From an uncultured delta proteobacterium (GTDB taxonomy: Bacteria; Myxococcota; Myxococcia; Myxococcales; Myxococcaceae), in contig CAVQKE010000001.1 of assembly GCA_963713045.1 (NCBI GenBank), forward strand, positions 256,001-320,000: DNA of 64,000 nucleotides, in the 5' to 3' direction. Positions 8,839-18,990 of this stretch are shown piece after piece; the stretch's first letter is position 1; each line of letters opens with the position of its first letter. The position numbers and the translations under genes were made by a program. The notes under the pieces are model-generated. The model did not search any database. It was not told the origin of the DNA and saw only the letters and a program-made list of their open reading frames with translations.

Positions 8839-9918
8839 GTGGTGGACCGCTCAGCGTTGCCGGATTTACCGCGCATTACCCTGGCCGTGTTCGCCATCGG
8901 GCTCCTGAGCGCCGCCAGTGTCTGGGTGCTTTGGCCATTCGCGGTGGCCACCATCTGGGCAACCACGATTGTGGTTGCCACCTGGCCCGCGCTTCTCTTT
9001 GTCCAGGGCCGGCTCGGGGGCCGACGCTGGCTGGCGGTGGGCGTGATGATTTTCATTCTGCTCACGCTTTTAGTCATCCCCGTCTGGCTGGCCATCTTGA
9101 CGATTGCCGACAACGCCGAGCGCGTTCTCGACTTCACCCGGTCACTCATGACTCGAGGGCTCCCGCCGCCACCGGAGTGGCTGAGGAGTGTGCCGGTCGT
9201 CGGGCAGCGGCTTGCGACGGCCTGGGGAAGCTTTGCCGGGGACACGGCTTCCCTCGCATCCCGGCTGGCGCCACACGTGGGCGAAGCTACCCGGTGGCTC
9301 GCATCGCGGGCCGGGGGCGTAGGTTCGGCCGTGGTCCAGGTCATCTTTACCGTGGCAATTTCGGCCGTGCTCTACGCCACCGGGGAAAAGTGCGGCCGGG
9401 GGGTCGAGCGCTTCCTGCGACGCCTCGCGGGCGGAGCGGGACGGGATGTCGCCTACCTCGCCGCAAAGGCGGTGCGGGCGGTGGCCCTTGGCATCGTTGT
9501 CACCGCCGTGGCCCAAACTGTGCTCTCCGCAATCGGTCTCATCCTCTCCGGCGTGCCCCATGCTGGAGCACTGACCGCATTGGTTCTGCTCCTCTGCATC
9601 GCACAGCTTGGCCCGCTGCTTGTACTCGCCCCGGCGACAATCTGGCTCTACAGCTCCGGCTCACCCGGGCGGGGCACGGTGCTGCTCGTCTTCACCCTCG
9701 TCGCGGCGACGCTCGACAACTTCCTCCGTCCACTGCTCATCAAGCGGGGCGCCAATCTTCCGTTGCTCCTCATCCTCGCCGGGGTCATCGGGGGCCTCAT
9801 CGGCTTTGGGATTGTCGGGCTATTCGTCGGCCCGGTGGTCCTTGCCGTGACCTGGAAGCTCCTCGAGTCCTGGGTTGGCGACTTGGATTGCACTGCGAGC
9901 CCGGCCCCCCCGAAGTAA
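8839..9918 (+). CDS. AI-2E family transporter (YdiK-like)
   Basis: WATTIVVATWP, CIAQLGP, DNFLRPLLIKRGANLP, GLFVGPVVLAV. Confidence 0.85.
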   Translation: MVDRSALPDLPRITLAVFAIGLLSAASVWVLWPFAVATIWATTIVVATWPALLFVQGRLGGRRWLAVGVMIFILLTLLVIPVWLAILTIADNAERVLDFTRSLMTRGLPPPPEWLRSVPVVGQRLATAWGSFAGDTASLASRLAPHVGEATRWLASRAGGVGSAVVQVIFTVAISAVLYATGEKCGRGVERFLRRLAGGAGRDVAYLAAKAVRAVALGIVVTAVAQTVLSAIGLILSGVPHAGALTALVLLLCIAQLGPLLVLAPATIWLYSSGSPGRGTVLLVFTLVAATLDNFLRPLLIKRGANLPLLLILAGVIGGLIGFGIVGLFVGPVVLAVTWKLLESWVGDLDCTASPAPPK

Positions 9919-10052
9919 CCGGGGAAGGTAGGCGTCTAGGCCGGTTCGGGCCATTCCTAGTCGCAAACGTTTCCCGAGGGCTCCCGAAGTGACCGCGGGC
10001 GATTGTATAGGAGCATGGGCAGGAGCGGACCAGTGAGGATGGGAGGGACGAG

Positions 10053-11735
10053 ATGAACCGGCTTCTGCATGCTTTCCCGATGGCGGTGTGGCTGCGGGAG
10101 TACGAGCTGCGGTGGCTCCGTTTGGATCTGGTCGCCGGCATCACTCTCGCGGCGTACGCCATTCCAGTGTCACTGGCCTACGCAGGTCTCGCTGGGCTTC
10201 CGCCGCAGGTCGGAATCTACGGCTATCTGCTTGGTGGCGTCGGATACGCGCTCTTTGGCAGTTCGCGACAGCTGGCGGTTGGCCCGACGTCGGCTATCTC
10301 GCTCACCGTGGGCGTGACGCTCGCAGAACTCGCCGGCGACAATGCCTCACGCGCGCTTCAGATCGCGGCGCTCGCCGCATTCACGGTCGCCGGGCTCTGC
10401 GGAATCGCGTGGCTGCTCCGCCTCAGCACGCTTACCAATTTCATCAGCGAGACGATTCTACTCGGCTTCAAGGCGGGCGCCGGGCTGAGCATCGCCTCGA
10501 CCCAACTGGCAGCCTTCCTCGGCCTAACAGCCGGCGGCGATGATTTCTTCTCCCGCGTCACTCATGTGCTCCGCCACCTGGCCGACGTCCGGCCGGCCAC
10601 TGCGCTGGTGGGAGCCGCGGCGCTGACGCTCCTCTTGTTGGGAGAGCGCTTCCTCCCTGGACAGCCGGTTGCGCTGGTCGTCGTCATACTCGCCACCGCG
10701 GCGGTAGCGCTCACGCCACTGCGGACGGCCGGCCTCGCGCTCGTGGGCGCAGTGCCCCGCGGTCTGCCCAGTTTTGCGCTGCCGCCCCTACGCCTTCGCG
10801 ACGTGGATGGGATCATCCCGCTCGCGTTCGCCTGCGTACTGCTGGCGTACATCGAAGGTGTCTCCGCGGCGCGAACCTTCGCCGCACGACACCACTACTC
10901 GCTCAATGTTCGACAGGAGTTGCTGGGGCTGGGCAGCGCCAACCTGCTCGTTGCCTTTGGAGGCGGCTATCCGGTGGCCGGTGGGCTTTCCCAAAGCGCG
11001 GTGAACGACAAGGGCGGAGCAAGAAGCCCGCTCTCGCTCATCTTCGCGTCAGCCACCCTTGCGGTTTGCCTGCTCTTCCTGACCGGGCTCGTCGCCACAC
11101 TACCGAAGGCGGTGCTTTCGGCGATCGTGCTCGTGGCGGTCACCGGACTCATCGACCTCCGTTCGATCGCGCGCCTGCGGCGCGTAAGCCGGTTTGAGTT
11201 TCGCGTGGCGATGGTAGCGCTCGGCGGCGTTCTGATTTTTGGGATCCTCAACGGCGTGCTGATCGCGGCGGCCGCGTCAATTGCCGTCCTGCTTTACCGC
11301 GCGGCTTTCCCGCAGGTCGCTTTCCTGGGTCGCATCCCCGGGACCCGACGATTCTCGGATGTCGCGGTGAGTCCAGACAACGAACCCATTCCCGGGGTGC
11401 TGGCGTTCCGCGTGGAGGCTGGCTTGTTTTACTTCAATGCGGAACACGTGCGCGGTACCGTTCTCGAGCGAATCTCGAACGAGCCCGCGCCGATTCGTCT
11501 GGTGGTGTGCGACCTATCCGCGTCGCCGAACGTTGACCTCGCCGGCGCTAGGATGCTCGCCGAACTCGCAAAGGAACTCGAGGAGCGCGGCATGGCGCTC
11601 CGTCTGGTCGAAGCGCGCTCCGGGGTGCGCGAGATCCTCAGCGCGAGTGGCCTCGATGAGACGCTGGGCAGAGTGCAGCGCGAGACGTCGTTGGCCGACG
11701 TGGTCGATGGTGCCCTTGCTGGGAATGGTCGGTGA
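10053..11735 (+). CDS. SulP family anion transporter with C-terminal STAS domain
   Basis: DLVAGITLAAYAIP, GSSRQLAVGP, GGLSQSAVN; STAS motif LFYFNA...VCDLS. Confidence 0.92.
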   Translation: MNRLLHAFPMAVWLREYELRWLRLDLVAGITLAAYAIPVSLAYAGLAGLPPQVGIYGYLLGGVGYALFGSSRQLAVGPTSAISLTVGVTLAELAGDNASRALQIAALAAFTVAGLCGIAWLLRLSTLTNFISETILLGFKAGAGLSIASTQLAAFLGLTAGGDDFFSRVTHVLRHLADVRPATALVGAAALTLLLLGERFLPGQPVALVVVILATAAVALTPLRTAGLALVGAVPRGLPSFALPPLRLRDVDGIIPLAFACVLLAYIEGVSAARTFAARHHYSLNVRQELLGLGSANLLVAFGGGYPVAGGLSQSAVNDKGGARSPLSLIFASATLAVCLLFLTGLVATLPKAVLSAIVLVAVTGLIDLRSIARLRRVSRFEFRVAMVALGGVLIFGILNGVLIAAAASIAVLLYRAAFPQVAFLGRIPGTRRFSDVAVSPDNEPIPGVLAFRVEAGLFYFNAEHVRGTVLERISNEPAPIRLVVCDLSASPNVDLAGARMLAELAKELEERGMALRLVEARSGVREILSASGLDETLGRVQRETSLADVVDGALAGNGR

Positions 11736-11799
11736 TGCGGCCGACCGTCCGCCCATCCCTCAATTCGCTTCGCGACGAGGCCCCAAGGGTACTCGTCGG

Positions 11800-12582
11800 C
11801 TAGTAGACCTCGGGAACGAGGTGCCGTCCGCGGAGGGAGCGTTGGTCATCGTAGGCGCCCTTCTTCGACCGTGCCGGAAGCTTGACTTTCTCCCTACGCA
11901 ACCGCTGGTAGTCGACCTGACCGAGCAGGTGGGCGATGCAGTTGAGGCGCGCTCGTTTCTTGTCATCGGAGCGAAGGATGTACCAGGGCGAGTGCTTGGT
12001 GTCAGTGGCCTGCAACATCTTGTCGCGCGCTCGCGAGTAGTCGTACCAGCGCTCGCGCGATGGGAGGTCGACCGGACTCAGCTTCCATTGCCGCAGTGGG
12101 TCACGGATGCGAGCTTCAAACCGTCGGGCTTGCTCATCATTGCTAACTTCAAGCCAATACTTAATAAGTTGCACTCCGCTCTCCCTCACCTCCTTCTCGA
12201 AGAGCGGGACGAGCTCGAGGAACCGGCGGTTTTCCTCTTTGGAGCAGAACCCGAGCACGTACTCGACTCCTGCCCGGTTGTACCAGCTCCGGTCGAAAAT
12301 GATGATTTCGCCGGCGGCGGGGAAAAGCGCCAAATAGCGCTGTATGTACATCTGGCTCTTCTCTCGGTCGGAGGGCGCCGGCAACGCCACCACCCGAAAG
12401 ATCCGGGGGCTGACCCGTTCGGTAATGGCCCGAATCGTCCCGCCCTTTCCCGCGCCGTCCCGTCCTTCGAAGACAATGACGATGCGAAGACCTTTGTGTT
12501 TGACCCAGCTCTGCAAGTGGCACAGCTCGGTCTGAAGGGTCCGTAGTTGGCTCTCATATTCCTTACGGCTGAGCTTGGGCAT
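11800..12582 (-). CDS. ppk2: Polyphosphate kinase 2
   Basis: FEGRDGAGKGG (Walker A), FDRSWYNRAGVE, WKLSPVD, DDKKRARLN; RBS-like GAGAAGGGG before ATG 12582. Confidence 0.95.
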   Translation of the reverse strand: MPKLSRKEYESQLRTLQTELCHLQSWVKHKGLRIVIVFEGRDGAGKGGTIRAITERVSPRIFRVVALPAPSDREKSQMYIQRYLALFPAAGEIIIFDRSWYNRAGVEYVLGFCSKEENRRFLELVPLFEKEVRESGVQLIKYWLEVSNDEQARRFEARIRDPLRQWKLSPVDLPSRERWYDYSRARDKMLQATDTKHSPWYILRSDDKKRARLNCIAHLLGQVDYQRLRREKVKLPARSKKGAYDDQRSLRGRHLVPEVY

Positions 12583-13216
12583 CGGGATCAACCCCTTCTC
12601 GTTTGATGGACCATCCGCGAGCACGGCTACCAATCAAATAAAAGCACCACTGGATTGACGGGACGCATGAGGCTGCCGCCCTCTTCGGTTCGCCTGCGCT
12701 TTTCCGCCTTGTCGCCATGGTTGTACCCGTTTCAGGAGACCACTTTGCTGTAGTTGAAGTGCGAGGAGCTATCAACTCTTGGATTGAAAAGAGGAAATCG
12801 GCGTCCGGCTGACAGATAAGGCGTGGAGATAGACCTTCCAATGCCAGAACGGAGCTGCTCTACGCATGTAGAGAAGCTAAACTTGAAGGAGCTGCCCGCG
12901 GCCTCTCGGGGACGTGGAGGCTCCCCCTTCGTCTGGGTTGGCATTTGTCGAGCTGCCGAGTTTGGCCGAAGTAAGCCCTGGTGGGCCGGGCGACTGCTTG
13001 CGTCAAGGCGCGCGTCTTCCGGCGGTGATTGCGGTGGCGCAGAAACTGCGGGAATCGCCAGAGAATTAGGCGAGGATGAGTCCGCGCTCCGCCCCGGGCC
13101 TGGCAACTGAATCTGCCCGGAGCCCAAGAGGTTCTGGCCGTGCCCAGCCCAACTGTCGCCAGCGAGAAGCACAAATCCTACCGAGAGGAGGCTTCTCCGT
13201 GACGGAATCCCGCGTG

Positions 13217-14407
13217 ATGGCACCCCCGAAGGCCTTACCCGGGGTCGCGAGCGACTTCTCACTCTTCCTTGGAGGGCCGCTCTTCCAGCTGCTGCGCCGG
13301 GCACACCTCTCTGATGACGCGCTGACTCACGTGCGCCAACGCATGGTCGCCATCTCGTTGCTCGCATGGCTTCCGCTGCTCGTGCTGTCGGCCGTCGAGG
13401 GTCGCTTGTTGGGCGGGGGTTTGTCGGTTCCCTTCCTGCACGACCTAGAGGCCCACGTTCGCTTCCTGGTGGCGATGCCCATTCTCATCGCTGCCGAGCT
13501 TGTCGTGCACCGCCGCATGCGCCCAATCGTGCGGCAGTTCCTGGACGAAGAGCTGATACCGGAGAGCGCCAAGCCTCGTTTCGACGCCGCGCTTGCAGCG
13601 GCGATGCGGTTACGAAACTCGGTTGCCGCCGAGGTGCTGATGATCGCCTTCGTCTGTGGCTTCGGTTTCTTCTGGCGCCGCTACCTGGCTCTCGAAACCC
13701 CGACCTGGTACGGAACGCCTTCAGCCGGGAGGCTGTCCCTGACGCTTGCCGGTGCCTGGTACCTTTACCTCAGCCTGCCGCTCTTCCAGTTCTTGCTGGT
13801 GCGCTGGTACTTCAGAATATTTATTTGGGCCCGCTTTCTTTGGGCCGTCTCGCGGCTCGACTTGAGGTTGGTCCCAACGCACCCCGACCGGACCGGTGGG
13901 TTAGGCTTCCTCGCTGGCGTCGTCTACGCCTTTGTGCCGCTCGCAGTCGCCCATGGCGCGCTGCTTGCCGGACGGGTTGCCGACCGCATCTTCTACCTCG
14001 GAGCCACGCTGACACAGTTCAAAGCCGAAATGGTCGTCTTGGCCGTCTTCGTGCTGCTGCTGGTCTTTACGCCTCTCCTGCTCTTCCTTCCCGCGCTGTC
14101 GCGGACGAAGCAGGTTGGCCTCCGCGAGTACGGCGTCTTGGGCCAGCGTTACGTGCGCGAGTTCGACAGCAAGTGGCTGCACGGCGGCGCGGTCGCTACG
14201 GAACCGTTTCTTGGGAGCGCCGACATCCAGTCGCTAGCCGATTTGGCGAACAGCGTGGAAGTGGTGCGGACCATGCGGGTCGTGCCGATCAGCAAGGCAG
14301 CCATCGTCCTGCTCGTGGTATCGACACTCGCTCCGCTCGCTCCGCTGGCCCTAACGATAATGCCGGCGGAAGAATTGCTAAAACAACTCCTCGGCGTGCT
14401 CCTCTAA
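13217..14407 (+). CDS. Conserved hypothetical polytopic membrane protein
   Basis: DFSLFLGGPLFQL, PTHPDRTGGLGFL, GSADIQSLADL; about 8 hydrophobic segments. Confidence 0.75.
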   Translation: MAPPKALPGVASDFSLFLGGPLFQLLRRAHLSDDALTHVRQRMVAISLLAWLPLLVLSAVEGRLLGGGLSVPFLHDLEAHVRFLVAMPILIAAELVVHRRMRPIVRQFLDEELIPESAKPRFDAALAAAMRLRNSVAAEVLMIAFVCGFGFFWRRYLALETPTWYGTPSAGRLSLTLAGAWYLYLSLPLFQFLLVRWYFRIFIWARFLWAVSRLDLRLVPTHPDRTGGLGFLAGVVYAFVPLAVAHGALLAGRVADRIFYLGATLTQFKAEMVVLAVFVLLLVFTPLLLFLPALSRTKQVGLREYGVLGQRYVREFDSKWLHGGAVATEPFLGSADIQSLADLANSVEVVRTMRVVPISKAAIVLLVVSTLAPLAPLALTIMPAEELLKQLLGVLL

Positions 14408-14503
14408 GGAACCGCTCTCCGCGATCGGCCAACGGTTCGTGGCCAGCCTCCCGGGAGGCGCTGAAGTACGTGCCCGTGGTGGGCACTGCTCGAGTACTTC
14501 ACA

Positions 14504-15217
14504 GTGCCTCACAACAGGCGAATTTTTCGAGTACGACCTCACTGGATCTGGCCTCAGAGAGCCCAGTGGTCCGCCAAGAAAGAGGCGAGTACAGTCGCTG
14601 CCATTCTTGCCGTGTCGGCCCTGGGAAGAGGGAAGGGAAATGGTGCAGGAACCTTCGAATCAACCCCCTCCACGCGCGGCACGGATTCCCCGCGCCGCAT
14701 CGTCACCTGGCTCTTGGGCGACGACGCCTGGGAGCCCTCATCTCCGGGCCTTTTTCGGTATTTAGGCTGGACCGCCTTGTCGCGGTTCCTCCGTCCGGTG
14801 GTCGAGGCCTTCAATCAATGGCGTGACGAAGAGCGTTGGCTTCGCAATTACTGCCCGACCTGCGGATCGGGCCTAGCCATGGCCCAGCTGATTGGCAAGG
14901 ATGCGGCGCGGAGGCGGTTGCTCATCTGCGGACGCTGCGCCACAGGCTGGGCGTACAAGCGAACCCAATGTCCGTTTTGCGAGAACGACTCGGATCGTGT
15001 TGCCATCGTTGCCATCGAAGGAGAGGCAGGCCTGCGCATCGACCATTGCCCGTCATGCCGGGGCTACCTCAAGACTTACGACGGGCAGCAGGACCAGGGC
15101 CTGCTCCTGTCGGACTGGAGTTCCCTGCACCTGGATCTAATCGCTCGTGACCGAGGGATGTCGCGCTTGGCCGTGTCCCTCTACGCTCTCGACGGCGACA
15201 CTGCCGTTCGTGGATGA
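14504..15217 (+). CDS. fdhE: FdhE-like protein, apparently N-terminally truncated
   Basis: CPTCG...CGRC...RTQCPFCEN...DHCPSCRGYLKT Cys pairs typical of FdhE; the N-terminal ~50 aa look non-homologous. Confidence 0.7.
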   Translation: MPHNRRIFRVRPHWIWPQRAQWSAKKEASTVAAILAVSALGRGKGNGAGTFESTPSTRGTDSPRRIVTWLLGDDAWEPSSPGLFRYLGWTALSRFLRPVVEAFNQWRDEERWLRNYCPTCGSGLAMAQLIGKDAARRRLLICGRCATGWAYKRTQCPFCENDSDRVAIVAIEGEAGLRIDHCPSCRGYLKTYDGQQDQGLLLSDWSSLHLDLIARDRGMSRLAVSLYALDGDTAVRG

Positions 15218-15512
15218 AGAAACACCCGCTTACCAGAGGAGAGGCCGACAGCGGCGGAGGAATACGAACTTGCGAGCCGGGCTTGGGAACCTGGTGGCCC
15301 GGGCCCCAAAATGGACCAACGGCGTCTTGTCATGGGTGGGGCCTCGAGACCGCTCCCGCAAAGACCGTCGAGAAGCCCGTCTCGCCCGTCCGGTGGGGCC
15401 GTTAGAGCCGCCGTAAGACGGCGGAAGCTTCGCTAATTGCGGTAGCGGCGTCGGACGCAGCTGGGTTTCCGGTACCCGATGGCCATGGCCTCCCAAAGGT
15501 CCGGAACGTCGA

Positions 15513-16970
15513 ATGGACGCCTCCGAGCGTTTCCGGGTTTCTTCTGGAGGCCCATTGTGCGCAGAATCCGCTCGTCGAGAAGGACTGGGTCCCGCGATGG
15601 AAGACGAGGGGGATCGCCGCGACGAGCAGCGCTGGGCGTCCGCGAAGCGACGCCTGCGTGAGCGCGCCCATCGGCCTTGGTTGGCCTGGCAGGGGTCCGC
15701 TCGCGGGCACCGGATTGGTGGCGCGAGCTTCGCGGCCGCGCTGGGACTCAGCCTAGTCCTTTGGGCGCCAGTTGCCGTCGCGCAGGTCACGGAGGCGAAC
15801 TCGACGACGGTGCTGCGCCTTCAGCCAGACTGGTATGCCGGAGAGAAGAACAACAGCTTTTGGGCCACGGAGTATGTGAGTCTCTCGATGAGAGACTTCG
15901 GCGTCCCGGGAGTGCAGGACCTCCAGTTTCAACTGTCCGCCTGGGGACAGGCCGCCACGAATCCCGACGGGGGCCTCGGCGACATCGACCTGTGGTACCT
16001 GCAGGGGTCGGTCCTGGACCGTCACCTCAGCTTCACCGTCGGTCGGCAGCTCGTCGTGGGCGGGGCTGCCAAGGTACTTCCACTGGATGGGCTCAATTTG
16101 ACCGTCGTCAGCAACGGGGGTTTCGGACTCTCTGCTTACGCTGGGGCCCCCACCGCCTTCAAACTGACGTATCCCATCGGAGACTTCGCGTTCGGGGCTC
16201 GGGCCTTTTGGAGGCCGTCCTATGGCACCGAGGTGGGGGTTTCTTTCATCGAAATCCTCAACCAGGGTGCCATTGCCCGACAGAACCTGGGGGTGGACGC
16301 TCGTGTCGTCATCCTCCCTAACCTGTCCACGACCGCCTCGGCCGACTTCAGCCTATGGGCTGAACGCTTCGTGGACGCTGAGCTCACAGTCTCCTGGCAA
16401 GTCCTCCCGACGCTAGAGCTGTCGGTGAAGGCGCAGCAATCTGAGCCGGACCTCTATCTCCCTTTGACCTCCATCTTTACCGTCTTCTCGTACACCGAGC
16501 GGACAGGGGTCGGTGGAGGCCTTTTCTGGCAGGCGCTTCAGCGCCTCTCGTTCTTTGCCAACTACGAATTCCTTTGGGTCGACGGCGGGACTGGCAATGA
16601 CGTGGAGCTGGGCGTCACGTACAAACTAAGCCGCAAGTCGACAGTCGGATTTAACTGTCACCTCTTATACGAGCCAGCAAATGGCTACGCGGATTTGCGT
16701 CTCTGGGCTCTTCAGTATTTGACGGAACAAATTCGGCTGAGCGCAGACGTGGACTGGGTCTTGCTGGAGAATCCAGTGGTGCCACCAGCGGCGACCCAGC
16801 AGGCCTCTCTGTTGGGCACATTGAGCGCGACCTGGGTGGTCGGCTCCGGGTGGAGTTTGATGCTCAGCAGCACCGTGGGGTCGACACCCCTCAACCAGCC
16901 TGAATTCACGGTGACTGGGAAAGTGGGCTATGACTTTTATTCCATGCTGGGCGCGAAGGCACCCAAATGA
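15513..16970 (+). CDS. Outer-membrane beta-barrel porin of a putative porin-cytochrome complex (true start probably downstream of 15513)
   Basis: Signal peptide ending VAVA-Q; about 400 aa of amphipathic strands (FTVGRQ, GARAFW, VTGKVGYDF); ATGA overlap with a multiheme gene. Confidence 0.75.
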   Translation: MDASERFRVSSGGPLCAESARREGLGPAMEDEGDRRDEQRWASAKRRLRERAHRPWLAWQGSARGHRIGGASFAAALGLSLVLWAPVAVAQVTEANSTTVLRLQPDWYAGEKNNSFWATEYVSLSMRDFGVPGVQDLQFQLSAWGQAATNPDGGLGDIDLWYLQGSVLDRHLSFTVGRQLVVGGAAKVLPLDGLNLTVVSNGGFGLSAYAGAPTAFKLTYPIGDFAFGARAFWRPSYGTEVGVSFIEILNQGAIARQNLGVDARVVILPNLSTTASADFSLWAERFVDAELTVSWQVLPTLELSVKAQQSEPDLYLPLTSIFTVFSYTERTGVGGGLFWQALQRLSFFANYEFLWVDGGTGNDVELGVTYKLSRKSTVGFNCHLLYEPANGYADLRLWALQYLTEQIRLSADVDWVLLENPVVPPAATQQASLLGTLSATWVVGSGWSLMLSSTVGSTPLNQPEFTVTGKVGYDFYSMLGAKAPK

Positions 16971-18019
16971 AGTCGCGTTTCGGCACTCGGGTTCTGGTCG
17001 TCGGGGTATTCCTTCTCATCGGCGGTGCAGTGCTCGGCGGGCTTGACCCTCCCGACCAAATCAACGCCAACCATGCCGGGCACGTCAAGGCGAAGCTGGA
17101 CTGCCTCACCTGTCATGAGTCAATTTTCGATGAGACCAAGCTTGGGCAGCGCGACGTCTTCCCCAAGGAGGCCAAGTGCCTCGAGTGCCACAAGAAGGAG
17201 AAGGATGAAGGCAAATGCGGGATGTGCCACTCCCGCCCCGACAAGCCCGGCCCATACGTCATCCAGGAACCGCACCTGAGCATCAACCACGCGAAGCATC
17301 TCGAGAAGGACGAGAAGTGTGAGGTCTGTCACCTGACACTGCCCGAGCGCGGCCAGCTGGAGAAGCCCGTGCCGCCGATGAAAACCTGCCTCGGCTGCCA
17401 CAACCACAATGAGCAGTTCAAGAACGGCCAGTGCAGCGGTTGCCACGTCGACTTGAACCGCTATCCACTCAAACCCATCAGCTTCTTCAGCCACCAGAGC
17501 AACTTCACCAAAACCCATGCGCCCATCGCCCGGTCGACAAGCGCCGCCTGTTCCGTGTGCCATGAGCAACGGTTTTGCTCGGACTGCCACTCCAACCAGC
17601 CGATGACGCCTTCGCAAAAAAACCCAGAGCAGGTGAACAAGAACCTCATCCACTGGGGCGATTACCTCACGCGGCACTCCATTGACGCGCGCTCGGATGA
17701 ATCGCGCTGCCAGGTTTGCCACGTGACCAGCTTCTGCTCGAACTGTCATACTGCACAAGGGCTGACGACGACCTCGACCAACCCGAGCAATCCGCACCCA
17801 GCCGGCTGGCTTTCCCCTGGGAGTCCCAACTTCCACGGCACCGCAGCGCGGAATGACATCGTGAGCTGCGCCAGCTGCCATGACCAGGGAGCGCAGTCCA
17901 ATTGCGTGACTTGCCACCGCGTCGGCGGGGTGGGCGGAGATCCGCATCCGGCGGGCTTCACCTCCAAGCACCCGCCGAGCGAAATCAACCGCAACCCCAT
18001 GTGCCTAACGTGCCACTAG
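16967..18019 (+). CDS. Periplasmic 13-heme c-type cytochrome
   Basis: 13 CxxCH motifs counted; signal peptide; many spare His residues as distal ligands. Confidence 0.93.
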   Translation: MKSRFGTRVLVVGVFLLIGGAVLGGLDPPDQINANHAGHVKAKLDCLTCHESIFDETKLGQRDVFPKEAKCLECHKKEKDEGKCGMCHSRPDKPGPYVIQEPHLSINHAKHLEKDEKCEVCHLTLPERGQLEKPVPPMKTCLGCHNHNEQFKNGQCSGCHVDLNRYPLKPISFFSHQSNFTKTHAPIARSTSAACSVCHEQRFCSDCHSNQPMTPSQKNPEQVNKNLIHWGDYLTRHSIDARSDESRCQVCHVTSFCSNCHTAQGLTTTSTNPSNPHPAGWLSPGSPNFHGTAARNDIVSCASCHDQGAQSNCVTCHRVGGVGGDPHPAGFTSKHPPSEINRNPMCLTCH

Positions 18020-18184
18020 CCAGTTGCGAAAAATGGGCGCCGGCAAGAGGGAGACGTCTCACACCGTCGGTGCCAGGCGGACGTTGAGGAGGTCACGCCA
18101 TCCGCAGGCACGAAGACAACGAAGGGCTGTTCTATAGCCCCTGGGCAGGGAGCGCAGTGCTCGGTGCGTTTCGCTTTGAATCGA

Positions 18185-18511
18185 CTACTTCTTGAACGTG
18201 CGAATGTACGCGACCACTCCGTTTACCTGGTCTGGCGTCAACTCTTTAAACGCGGGCATGTCCGGCTTTTGGCCTTCGATGATGGCCTTCTTCATGACGT
18301 CATCGCTCTTCGCCTGATACGCAGCGCTGGTCATGTCCTCAACCTTCAGCTTCTTACCCGTGTCGGTATCTCCCTTGCCTCCCTGACCGTGGCAAGAGGC
18401 GCACTTCGATTTCCACAAGCGCTCGCTCTTCTTGTCCACATCAGCAAACGCCAGCGCGCTGAGGACAAGCGAGCCACCTACAATCAAAGCCATGGACCGG
18501 ACGCTCTTCAT
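18185..18511 (-). CDS. Monoheme class I cytochrome c
   Basis: Signal peptide, CASCH, distal Met in DMPAF. Confidence 0.9.
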   Translation of the reverse strand: MKSVRSMALIVGGSLVLSALAFADVDKKSERLWKSKCASCHGQGGKGDTDTGKKLKVEDMTSAAYQAKSDDVMKKAIIEGQKPDMPAFKELTPDQVNGVVAYIRTFKK

Positions 18512-18990
18512 GTTTGACCCCCAGTTCAAGAACGGCGTAACGCATGGAGGCCGAAGACGCAAGCACCTTGAGGGCGGCTCGGCTCGCGGTCCGCCGGAGC
18601 TCCTCGGAGGCGAACGGAAGTAAATTCTTCATGCCGGCCTTTACGAAGTCTCTCGCGAGCCGAATTCCCCTGACCGAGGGCCCTGGGCCCGACCACTTGA
18701 GGACTCGACACCCACCCCAGCTGCCATCGAGGCAAAGATGCGGCGCGTTGGCTCTCCTGAAACATCCCTGCGCCGCTACCCAGCCAGCTGGCCTCCGGCA
18801 TGCGACACCGTTGACGACGCTCTGGATTGCTGTCGGAGTGCAATTTCTGCGGCGCGGCAAGGAACCTCAGGCAAAGCCTAGGCACTACGCCTTGGCGTGG
18901 CGCCACAATATGGAGTACAGGACGGACCGGACTTGGCACGTGTCGGTGGAGAGAGGGCGCCGGGGTGCTCTCGTGGAACTAGCTGCTTTC

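Noticed and set aside
15408..15447. Two adjacent hairpins upstream of the porin gene as a structured RNA
   Set aside because: Short GC-rich stems are common by chance; no recognisable family motif or U-tract.
18850..18910. c-di-GMP/cGAMP (GEMM-I) riboswitch upstream of the decaheme gene
   Set aside because: Has GGCAA and GCAAAGCC fragments but I cannot find the GNRA-capped stem or receptor; an Infernal search would settle it.
18544..18990. 149-aa N-terminal extension of the decaheme ORF
   Set aside because: Non-protein-like composition; the lipoprotein signal begins near 18991 and this region is the divergent promoter gap.
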